64,000 nucleotides of DNA from Octopus bimaculoides (lineage: Eukaryota), in assembly GCF_001194135.2 (NCBI RefSeq), contig NC_068983.1, positions 163,145,509 through 163,209,508 on the forward strand, in the 5' to 3' direction. This document shows, piece after piece, positions 53,431 through 64,000 of this stretch. The translations under genes and the position numbers were made by a program. Position 1 is the stretch's first letter, and each line of letters begins with the position of its first letter. The notes below the pieces were generated by a model, which was not told where the DNA came from, did no database searches, and saw nothing but the letters and a program-made list of their open reading frames with translations.

Positions 53431-54599
53431 TAGGAATTACGATGCTACATTTATTGACTTACAATTGTTTCTGCTATAAGGAAAAATGTACCTAGATGTG
53501 AGAGCCTATATAGCTCTGATGAAGCTTAAGGAGTCAAACTATCACTGCCTTGAGAGGGCACTGCTCCATATAGCAGAAACGTATATTAACCAATGATTGT
53601 AATTTCGTAATTTACCTAACAATGTTGTAATATTGTTTTAATATGTTGCAGCGACTCATTGTAACTGTATGGTCAAACGACAAGAAATTGCTCGATATTA
53701 GAGTTTCGGTGACGATGTTAACAACTTTTATATTTACATTGAAATGCTTGTATTATATTGGTTGTTTGAAGTGTACTCTTTGACCCTGCAATTCTGACAG
53801 GGTTCATGTTGGTGAGGATGTTTGTCATTCGGCTCTCTTTGTTATTTATTCCAATGATAAGTTTGCATTTTGCTGTGAGACATGTTGCCTTTATGCTTGA
53901 AGAGTTATTTTAATGCCGCATTTATCGCTTATGTAAAAAGGATGCGTTTAGTTCATGTGATTTGTGTGGTTAGTGTCTTTACTGGGTGCTTTGTCTGTAT
54001 AAACCGTATTTGTAGAGTCGTATTTCTTCTGAAGTCGTTCTCTAAACTTCTGTAATCTACACGTGTAGCCGTTATTTAAAAAAAAATTCTTGTTCACGCA
54101 TATTAAGACACACCACATATATAGATGCGTGTACCAACTAGAAGCAGAGAGAGAAAGAGGGGGAGAACACAGGAATACGCGCACAAATTGATTTATTGGT
54201 CGAGAGGATAGTCTTTAACTCTATCACCAAACACACAGAGTAGATGTGGACATCTCCTGCATAAAACTTTGCGCTCCAAGACAATATGTTCAAAATGTAT
54301 GCATGTATGTATGTAGGTATGTATACATATACATATATACATAGATAAATATAAAATTATGGACAAGACGTTTTAAGTATTCGACAATGCAACTTAAAAA
54401 AAAGCAAGTTTCTTTATATTTTCTTTTCGCGGGGTGGGGCTATGAAAATCTTCCTGAAAAACTTCTTCAAATGTTCACTTGCATTGAACACGGAGATACA
54501 ATCTGATCCTTAAGGCCCTCTCCAAGGCTACAAATAACTGAATTGCTCTCATCAACAGTGGCAAAAAGTCACTGAAAAAACCCCCCCCCATAGATTTCA

Positions 54600-55094
54600 T
54601 TATCTTCGCGCGTCGTTCAGGACAGCCGACCCGTTTGAAGAAGTAACTTCCTGTGGACAGTGAACGGCTATTGGGAGGTGGCTGCAGAGATACCAGCTCG
54701 TCGAGGATTCTTTCCCATTCAAGTTACGAAGGGACCGATTATTATCATATGGTGTGAAAGAAAGAAAGTTTTTAATCCAGTCAAGTTAATGGTTCCTCAT
54801 GAAGATAGCATGGAAGACGCTCGGGCTCGGAAAATGGACCATTATAAAAATCTCCTAGGGGAGTGGGAATACGCAAACTGGAAAGTAGAGCATTTTCGAA
54901 CGAAGTCGGATGGAGGAGATTCGTTGGACATTGATTGTGTAAGGCGACTGTTGCTATCGTTAGGCCTAACTCATCGTAAAGCAAATACCACCATGAGTGA
55001 TATCCAAGTTACAGCGGAGACGGCAAGCTACTGGAATTGGTTAAAAAGAGAAAATGGGCAATGGGTAGAAGAGCGAAACCTAGTTGCTAGTTGA
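54600..55094 (+). mobile_element. HERO/R2-like LINE 3' end (restriction-like endonuclease region)
   Basis: ORF 54660-55094: IIIWCERKKV..VKLMVPHEDSMEDARARKMDHY ... RRLLLSLG ... AETASYWNWLKR resembles HERO-clade C-termini. Confidence 0.7.
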
Positions 55095-55320
55095 TCTGGC
55101 AAGCGAACCCTGCTGTACTTTCTCTTACTGTTTCTGTTGTACCTGTATTTCAAAGAGCCAGCCTTGTCACACTGTATCACGCTGAATCTCCCCGAGAACT
55201 ACGTTAAGAGTGCACGTGTCTGTGGAGTGCTCAGCCACTTGCAAGTTAATTTAACGAGCAAGCTGTTCCGTTGATCGGATCAACTGGAACTCTCGTCGTC
55301 GTAATCGACGGAGTGCCACG
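55095..55320 (+). repeat. Interspersed repeat abutting the LINE stop codon (LINE 3'UTR or 5'-truncated SINE)
   Basis: Its 5' part resembles the central segment of the SINE at 53150-53430. Confidence 0.5.
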
Positions 55321-55938
55321 ACTAAAGTCATCAAACATCATAAAGGTTTCCATTTGTAGGACCAGACTGATAAATAAAGATCTAGAAAGAAGAATGACCT
55401 AGCATGTGTTTATTGACTGAAGCGGCACATAATTCTATCAACTTAGAAGACTGCGATATGGAGTTTTGTATTTATGCTATTTCACATTATGTTATAACCA
55501 ATGGCCAAAGAAAAGCGTCAACGTTACTCTATCGTTTCTTTTTGTTTGGCTATAACAAAAAGCAACCAATGCAAATAGATAAATATTTCACAGATACATC
55601 TTCCAGATTGTAATAAAGCATGATGAAATAACTGGCACGAAATAAAATATTTTTGTGAATGAAACAACAAAAAAAGTCCTCTTCATATATGTTCGGTGTT
55701 TCAATATATTCGGTATTGTTAAATATTACAGACTTCAACAGAGGGGAAAAAAAAGACTTGCGTTGCTATGTGACAATAAGTATGAACATATGTCTGCTGC
55801 ATTTCAATTTCTTGCAATTGAATTCGTTTTACGTTGCCAAGCAACGTTAATTGACCGGGGAAACTTTTTAATATCCAAATAACTTGCCGAAAAATCAAAA
55901 CTGCATGGTCATACATACATACATTCGGATGTATGCCC

Positions 55939-55995
<57 letters not shown>

Positions 55996-56129
55996 TAAAT
56001 AATGTACACAGTAAAAAGATATGAGCTACTAATAGTTTCTTGCATTGAAGACACGGGTCTAAATTGGTTTTCAATCTCGAACTCTGAGCACGCATATGGT
56101 CTATTCAATTTCTAAGTCATTTCTTTGGA

Positions 56130-57480
56130 ACAAGAGAAATGACGAGATAAAAAGGGAAGGTAGATGCAAAACGTAGAGGGGCGAATAAAAACGGAAAAAG
56201 AAAAAAGTGATTAGAGTTATCTCCCCTTTTTACCGTAAAGCCTTACTTAAGGTAGTTGCAGAATAATTCAACGGTGTGGGGTCCAAATTCTGAGAGATAT
56301 CTGCTCAATCCTGAGAGAGTTTTGTTCTTCAGTTCGTCAAAAGAAATTTTGTCCGCATGTTTGTAATTGCTGAAAATTTCGGATCTAGAATTCACTAATC
56401 CCGTAGAATTCTTTGATTTAAAAAGAATTTATCTTTTAGCTTCGTATTTCTTAAAATATGATAGGAATTTCTCTACGGTTCCCTGTTTCATTGGTTGTGG
56501 TGTGCAGTTGGTCTTGAAATCCCAAACATAGCTAGAACTTAGTGGTTTTACTTTTGTCGATGTGCCCAAAAGAAGATACGTGATTTGCATGACGTCTTTT
56601 GAAATCGCATTCGCAGAATCTGATGTAATTTTTCTTTTATAGTGGAGCATTGCTGTGACTTATCCCTCATATGCGACGGAGTTTATCATACACGCTTGAT
56701 CAAGTGCTCAATCTTCACGCTTTTGACAATTACAACCAGGAGTGGCGTTTGGGTGATGCTTACGAGCGGTAATGTTTTACATATTGAGGCAGAAACTGGG
56801 GTTTGAAGTCCAACTGATCAAATAATCGAGTGGAGAGTCGTAGATAGATCTACGCCCCATAGTAATGTATCTAAGAAATGCAACTTACGCGTAGCTAAAA
56901 GATCGCATATTCTTTTCAGCTCTAAGATTTCAACTACACCGCTAAGTTTCAGATCCGAAATTTTCATCAAATGCAGACATATAGGCAAATTTCTTTTGGC
57001 AGCTGGAGAACACCACCCTCTCCCAACTGAGCAGATCTATCGAAGATTTTGGATCTCGCTATATTGAATTATTCCACAACAACAAGCTTAAGTATGGCTT
57101 TANNNNNNNNNNNNNNNNNNNNNNNNNNNNNNNNNNNNNNNNNNNNNNNNNNNNNNNNNNNNNNNNNNNNNNNNNNNNNNNNNNNNNNNNNNNNNNNNNN
57201 NNNNNNNNNNNNNNNNNNNNNNNNNNNNNNNNNNNNNNNNNNNNNNNNNNNNNNNNNNNNNNNNNNNNNNNNNNNNNNNNNNNNNNNNNNNNNNNNNNNN
57301 NNNNNNTGGATCTCGCTATATTGAATTATTCCACAACAACAAGCTTAAGTATGGCTTTAAGGTCAAAGGGCTCATAACTCTAATCTTTTTCTTCTTGTTT
57401 TCTTTTCTTTTACCGTTTTAATTCACCTTTCCACTTTTTGCATCTACTTTCCCTATTTTTCTCGCGATTTTCCCTGTATC
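56130..57480. mobile_element. Foldback element with long (>300 bp) imperfect inverted arms
   Basis: 56130-56460 pairs block by block with 56890-57480 (e.g. taaagccttacttaag / cttaagtatggcttta; gaaaatttcggatc / gatccgaaattttc). Confidence 0.7.
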
Positions 57481-57697
57481 AGGTTCCTGGTTTGTAAATT
57501 GAATAAACCAGGTACTCAGAGTCTGAGATTGCTTGGAGTCACAAGGCGCATTACAAAAGTCTCCTTAGACCCGCGTCTCCATTTCACGAAAAGTATTAGT
57601 AGTCCGTATCCATATACTGTGTACATTAATTGATATTTATCTCTCCCTAGATAGAGACTTCTTTGTTTTGTTGATCTTACCTTAACGGGGCATTAAA

Positions 57698-57771
<74 letters not shown>

Positions 57772-59079
57772 GTTTATCTCTATCTATCTATTTATCTTTA
57801 TATAACACGATCCTCACCTTTCTTTAGAAATAACTGATAAAAATGGTACTTCCCGTTTCACTCTTTGCTCCTTTGTTCTTGTGTGAGTGTGTGTGTTTGT
57901 GTGTGGTACGAATTAGTAAGCATGATGAAACTGGACAAGAAGTGAGTCGCCTAATTTAAAATAGATAAATATGCCCAATGAAGAAAAAGAGCCTTAGTCA
58001 ATGAAGCAGCTCATTGCTGATCTTGCACTTGTTGGCTGACAGGATAGTGTTGCAGTTAGAATTTCCGACTTCATTAGATTGCGCATTAAATCCCACTAGG
58101 AAAGGCATTAGCGTCCCAAATGCTGATATCCGTCGTCACGCATAAAACATAAATTCAGTGTAAAACCGAGCAGAAATAAAATCAATATCGAATATATTCA
58201 TAGTCTCTAAAATGTATTCATATTCATAATTCTGCGTGAATAAAGATCAATAACAAATGTAAGAAAAACCAAAACAACAACAACAACTGTAATAAACAAG
58301 ATTTTATTGCTGAATTTTAATGCGAGTATAATGTAGTATATTTTAGTTGAGCTGTGTAGTTGAGGCTTCGATAATTTAGAATTACAGATGAGGTTAAATG
58401 GAGATTTCCAAGACGCTTTCATACATAATTGCATTAGAATGAATAATATTCAATAAAATTTTGGTGGAATTCATCAAAAATACAAAAGAATATTATAAAT
58501 ACGTTGGAAGAATTGTGGCGATTTAGTTCTGTGATGTGATATGATTACCAAACTCTGTTCTTTTTTTTGTTTTTGTTATATGAAAGTTGATATATTTAAG
58601 CACTAGATACCGGTGAGTTATGATATATATATATATATANNNNNNNNNNNNNNNNNNNNNNNNNNNNNNNNNNNNNNNNNNNNNNNNNNNNNNNNNNNNN
58701 NNNNNNNNNNNNNNNNNNNNNNNNNNNNNNNNNNNNNNNNNNNNNNNNNNNNNNNNNNNNNNNNNNNNNNNNNNNNNNNNNNNNNNNNNNNNNNNNNNNN
58801 NNNNNNNNNNNNNNNNNNNNNNNNNNNNNNNNNNNNNNNNNNNNNNNNNNNNNNNNNNNNNNNNNNNNNNNNNNNNNNNNNCCCAGTCGTAAAATGCTCG
58901 CTCCCCTTTACATTCGAAAAATCGAAAAATCGAAAAATCGACGGTAAATTTACTCGAGAGAAGCTTATCCGTCCTTCTAAGAGTTTCGTCCTTTAATAAT
59001 AACTTTTAAAGTTGGTAGAAGTTTACTCAATCGACGACGAGGAGGTGGTATCAAAATATTCCCGGGCTAGTTATGCTTA

Positions 59080-61020
59080 TGTTGTGGTGAATTAGTAATA
59101 GTGATACGTCCCTCTCACGTGACGAATAGCCTAGTCACTATAAGTAAAGAGAAGTACGTATCCTATATACCGAAGCGGACGTTATATCAATCCACCATTT
59201 TAAGGATTATAAGTGGTTACGAGGATTTAAACAACTCAGGTGGATTTAATAAACTTGACGAGGATTTAAACAACTCACAATGGATTAATAAACTCAACTA
59301 GGATAAAGCAATTCACATGGAGTTATTAAAAACTCGAAGAGGAGTTAATAAACTCACAAAGTTGGTATAAGAGTTTTACGAAACATCGTAAAAGTGTGGA
59401 AAACGTGTTGGAAGGTTTCCTCGGGTTGCGAAAATATAGCAACAACAACAGCAGATACAACTGCAAGAGCAATAACAGAAGCAACAACTACAACAAATAA
59501 TATTACAGCAACAGATGATGAAATTACTGAAGTCGTCAGGTAAGTCAGAAAAAGTGTTCTCGCCAGACTATGTCGCAAACTCCATAACTGAGATCAGATA
59601 CGAACCTGACAATGGAGTTACCTTCGAAGCATACTACAGAAGATATGAGATAATCTTCGAGGAAGCATGTAAAGATTGGGAAAAGGAGATGGAAACGGCG
59701 CTTAATTTTGAGAAAATTGGACGCAACAGAACATGAACGATACAGTAATTATGTACACCCAAGAAAACCATCTGACGTAAAGTTTAATGACACAATAGAG
59801 ATATATTGTGTAAGATTTTCAATGAAAAAATCTCCTTGTTGAACGCACATTGTCTGAACATAGGGAAAAGCAGTGACGTGTACTACATCACATATGCCGG
59901 TAGAGGTAACAGAGAATGCGAGAAGTTTAAGCTGGAAAAATTGACGTCTGATATATTCAAATGCCTGATTTTTACATAGGGACTTACTACTGAAAAGGAC
60001 GCGTAAGCTATAACTATAATTCTTGCAAAACTAGAACAAAGCCAAGATGTAACCCTATAGCAAGTGTCAGAAGAATGTGAACGGATACTTAAATTAAGAT
60101 GCGACACAGAGAAAATTAAACGTAAAGATTGTTTTCTAATAAATCAAGTGCGAAATAAGTCAGAACAGAGATGTAGTGTTTTCTAAAAACACGACAGAGA
60201 TCTGAAAATAAACCCATGTTTTGCATGTGGAGGTATACACTTGAGGAAAAAAATTGTCCATTTGAAAAAGCGGAGTGCTTTCGTTGTAGAAATATAGGCC
60301 ATATAAAGACGCACTGTAGAACGAAGACGACAAAACGTCAGAACAAAGGAAAAAGAATAAATAATATGTCATCGGAAGAAATTGGTAATACACCGATGAG
60401 GAAATTCGTGAATGTGAAAATCAGAAATACAAGTATTAAAATGCAATTGGACACTGGTAGTGATATCACCATTATAAAAGAGAAAACTTAGAAATATGTC
60501 GGTAAACCGAAATTAATTAAATCTAAAAAGGTAGCACATGATGTTACGGGAAAAAGATTATATTTTTTATTTTGTAATATTTTCAGGTCAAACGAAAATG
60601 GCAAATATATATGTATTAAAAGATTCTCTTAATTTATTTGGCGCAAAGTGGATGGAACGATTCAAATTGTGGAATACGCCTATAAGTTTTCTGTGTAGAA
60701 ATATAGTGGGATCAGTCAAAGGTTCAAATGAAGTTGAAGGACTGAAACAAAAAGAAAAAAAAAGATACGATTATTTCCAGATGTTTTGTGGAAGAACTGG
60801 ACTGTACAAAAACAAAAACTAACATTGCTGTAAAACAATGTGCCACACGGGTCTTTAGGTCAAAACGGAATGTACCATTTGCAGCAGTAGATCACCTTAA
60901 GAAAGAACAGGAAAGACTAGAACGTCTTGGTATAACTGAAAAGACGGACGCCTCAGATTGGGCAGCACCAACGGCGGTTTACGCGAAAAAGAAGAATAAC
61001 AGGCTAAGAGTTTCAGCATA
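59080..61020 (+). mobile_element. Ty3/Gypsy LTR retrotransposon remnant (LTR, PBS, gag, protease, start of RT)
   Basis: TGTTG.. LTR start; PBS-like TGGTTACGAGGAT at 59214; gag IRYEPDNGVTFEAYYRRYE; CCHC knuckle CFRCRNIGHIKTHC; protease MQLDTGSDITII; RT DASDWAAPT; many stops and frameshifts. Confidence 0.85.
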
Positions 61021-62060
61021 TGGACATAAAAGCTAGGAAACTGCAGGATGCACCATCCAAAATCGGACGTCCACAGGCTCTATCTCTCACGAAGGGAAGG
61101 TGGCAGAGTCTTAATCCAACTTGAAACATCCTCTAAGACGACCACGACAGGACTTCGAGTAAAAGTCCAAAGTAACACCGACTGGATGATACAGCTGGTA
61201 AGACAACATGAACAGAGTAAGAAAATGCGTTTCAAATAAGGTATATAAATATCGAAGATAGCTTAACCTCCCTGATTGAGATGATCATAAGGAAGACACA
61301 CCACCCATTAAGGCAACAAAAGCCAAACAAGAAAGCTTGAAGGAAATATAAAGACTGTAGCAAGAAAACCCAGTGCATGGTCAAATACAAGCTGTGGAAG
61401 ATATATATGAACTCATCATCGGCGGTTGCAGAGTATTGGTTTGAGAGCCGAACCAGGAGGATTTATCCTAGAGGCACAAGATCAGAGCCTTCTCTGTCGA
61501 GGCTATCAAGCTAATGTCACTCCTAATGAGATAAACAGAAGGTGTAAACTTTGCAAATTGGAGAGCATTGACCGCATTGTTGCTGGTTGCTCAGTGCTTT
61601 CTTGTACATAATATAAAACCGGACACGATCGAGTTGGTTAATACTTGCACTGGAGAGTATATCGTCACTATGATATCCCGCACCGTAAGAACAGTCACCG
61701 AGGGAGAGAATGCTACCATCCTATGGGATTATGGGATACATACATACAGGCAAATAAATGATAACACACCAAACATCATCATCAAAAACCTAAAACAAAA
61801 AACATGGTGGTACCTACTGATAGAAACATGTCAGCAAAGGTATTTGAAAAATGTCGAAATATAAGGACTTTGAGATTGAGGTGTCTACGAAGTGGCAAGT
61901 AAAAACCAAAATCATCCCTGTTGTAGGTGCCCTGGGAATGATCAGGAAAAGTAGTGACAAATATTTTCACCAGATCCCTGGGAAACCAACAATCTATGAA
62001 GGTCAAACAATTGTGTTGACATTAACCGCCCACGTTTTCATGGAGTTTCTCTCCATCTAA
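61020..62060 (+). mobile_element. R4/Dong-like LINE, decayed 3' half
   Basis: RLYLSRREGGR, FILEAQDQSL, CKLCKLESIDRIVAGC, ILWDYGIHT, KYKDFEIEV and IIPVVGALG motifs. Confidence 0.85.
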
Positions 62061-62133
62061 TATATACGTATCTTAGGCACGTATATATTAGATAGTCGAA
62101 AGATGAAATAAAATGCAAATCAGTTGGAAAATA

Positions 62134-62153
62134 ATAATAATAATAATGATGAA

Positions 62154-62244
<91 letters not shown>

Positions 62245-62245
62245 T
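62134..62245. repeat. (AAT)n/(GAT)n trinucleotide tract
   Basis: Directly visible. Confidence 0.95.
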
Positions 62246-62249
62246 TAAA

Positions 62250-62806
62250 TACCCGGATGCAGTACCAGGCAGTGGCTCTCAAGACTTCTGATCTTAATTG
62301 ATTGGAAGTGATATCATGTACATTGTTTTGTCTTGGTATAAAAGATGGGCTACAGCAAATATTCTGCTTAATACCACAGATTTGCTTGTCAGTTGTTTGA
62401 CCTTAACCAGTTGAGCATGTCCCTTGGTGGCTGACGATATGTGCGTCTCCTATCACAAGCAGATGTGGTGGAGGAGCATCATAGCCATGTGTTGAGAGGA
62501 AATCTTTGGGGTTTGAATAATTCACCTTTGGAAACATGGGTGTTTTGTTCAACATCCTTAAACAAACCTTATTCAGGGACCTTTTGAGCGGGATGGGCCA
62601 CTCGACATGAAGAAAATTCTAACTAGACCCCACCTGCGAGGTCATGCGCTGTTTATCTTGATATGAGATCACTATGTCACGCACATATGGTTGTGATGCA
62701 TGTGACTGATGTTCCCTTATCGGACGGGTAGTCATGATGGGTATACTGGGCTTCGTATATTTTACCCTAGTGTCACTTTGATGGCATGCACTGCTCTCTC
62801 ACTCAA

Positions 62807-62810
<4 letters not shown>
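62250..62810 (+). repeat. Abundant octopod-type interspersed repeat ending in (ACT)n/(AAT)n
   Basis: Recognised repeat body between trinucleotide tracts; no ORF support. Confidence 0.5.
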
Positions 62811-62868
<58 letters not shown>

Positions 62869-62949
62869 ATGATAATAATAATAATATTAATAATAACCAT
62901 AACGCTTGAACACTCCTTCTAGGAGACGGAATAAAAAGGGTGTAGACAT

Positions 62950-63385
62950 AAGAGCAGAGGAAGGACGGATCAATTACTAATTGATAAGGCTATTCTGGTT
63001 GATTGCAAAAAGAGACGTAAAAATTTGGCGATGGCATGGGTGGAATACAGGAAAGCATATGGCATGGTTCCACACTCGTCGAATCGAGAGTGAAATATAA
63101 GTGAAATATAAGGAAACAGAAAAGACTGAGAAATACCAGCCACTGCGGGACGAGATAGGAAAGTTATGGGGCATGAGGAAGGTAATGGTGATACTTCCAA
63201 CATGGCTGAAAAAGATCGGTGAAAGTGTGAAGGTAGAACACCTACAAAAATCAGAATTGCTTGGAACTGAAAGAATTCTTTGCAGAGTTTTTGAAGCATG
63301 ACCAGTAAACAAGTGTCACCTTAGTCTGCTGGCTGTGGTCAGCTGACACTTTCCATCATACCCAGCAAAATAAGCTGTGAGGTTT
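62950..63385 (+). mobile_element. R4/Dong-like LINE, internally deleted, with (AAT)n tail to 63484
   Basis: [31 protein letters not shown] (RT) fused to EKTEKYQPLRDEIGKLWGM...LQKSELLGTERIL (REL end). Confidence 0.8.
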
Positions 63386-63403
63386 CATATAATAATAATA
63401 ATG

Positions 63404-63485
<82 letters not shown>

Positions 63486-63499
63486 ATTTCGATCCTACA

Positions 63500-63773
63500 C
63501 GCCTATTTTACAGCAGTACTCTGCCCAAAAACCGAAAACGCAACAACACATACATATAAAATATGGAAGAAAGATAATCTAAATAAAGTCCTCGATAAAA
63601 CAATATAACATACAGAAAATTGCACTACTGGGCGCAGCACACATCCTACACAAAACACTTTCAATACAGTAACCATAAGAGCATCACAGCAAACCACAGC
63701 GCATACCCAAGGCACAGAGAGCTGCGCTCGGTAGTGAAGTGAAAGCTCGTTATAAAAATAAAACTACTGAATA
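63500..63773 (+). mobile_element. R4/Dong-like LINE extreme 3' end (second subfamily)
   Basis: NIQKIALLGAAHILHKTLSIQ* followed by a 3'UTR. Confidence 0.7.
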
Positions 63774-64000
63774 CACAAGACCAAAGCCTCCCCACCGCTG
63801 CACAAGACCAAAGCCTCCCCACCGCTGCACAAGACCAAAGCCTCCCCACCAGAAATTACCAAAAACACATAATGAAAAGAAATATAACAAGTAACTGTAG
63901 AATATGTGGAGATCGACAAGAAACAATAAATCATATTATCTCTGGCTGCCCAGTCCTGGCTAAGAAGGAATATATTCACAGACACGACAGAGCTGGGACC
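63774..64000 (+). mobile_element. 5'-truncated R4/Dong-like LINE starting with a 27-bp triplication; runs off the window
   Basis: (cacaagaccaaagcctccccaccgctg) repeated ~3 times, then open frame QDQSLPTRNYQKHIMKRNITSNCRICGDRQETINHIISGCPVLAKKEYIHRHDR. Confidence 0.85.

Noticed and set aside
53505-53545. CTGATGA motif as another hammerhead
   Set aside because: Lacks GAAA and coherent stems.
53740-54050. Possible Penelope RT/GIY-YIG remnant on the minus strand
   Set aside because: Only vague similarity; no diagnostic motif could be read with confidence.

Overview
AT-rich eukaryotic genomic DNA with about ten N-gaps. The repeat landscape (dense tRNA-derived SINEs, TA/CA/TATC/TATG microsatellites, R4/Dong- and HERO-type LINEs) points to an octopod cephalopod, probably Octopus; this is an inference from recognised repeat families, not a database match. 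Most ORF-track entries are microsatellite or gap artefacts. Manual splice-site reading suggests three things. (1) A candidate 5-exon plus-strand orphan gene (124-11595, 239 aa) whose intron phases all match and which includes an 8-nt microexon. (2) A long series of minus-strand exon-like segments between about 12.9 and 47.9 kb. Several have good splice sites but carry single stops or frameshifts, suggesting a decaying gene or gene cluster, and one segment weakly resembles the Mab-21/cGAS-like helical domain. (3) A Penelope-type repeat pair carrying a minimal hammerhead-ribozyme-like motif. Mobile DNA includes a full-length decayed Tc1 element, several MITE/foldback elements with long inverted repeats, a Ty3/Gypsy remnant and stacked R4/Dong-like LINE 3' ends. 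No rRNA, genuine tRNA gene or CRISPR array was found. All gene models are hand-built and need RNA evidence; repeat boundaries are approximate.
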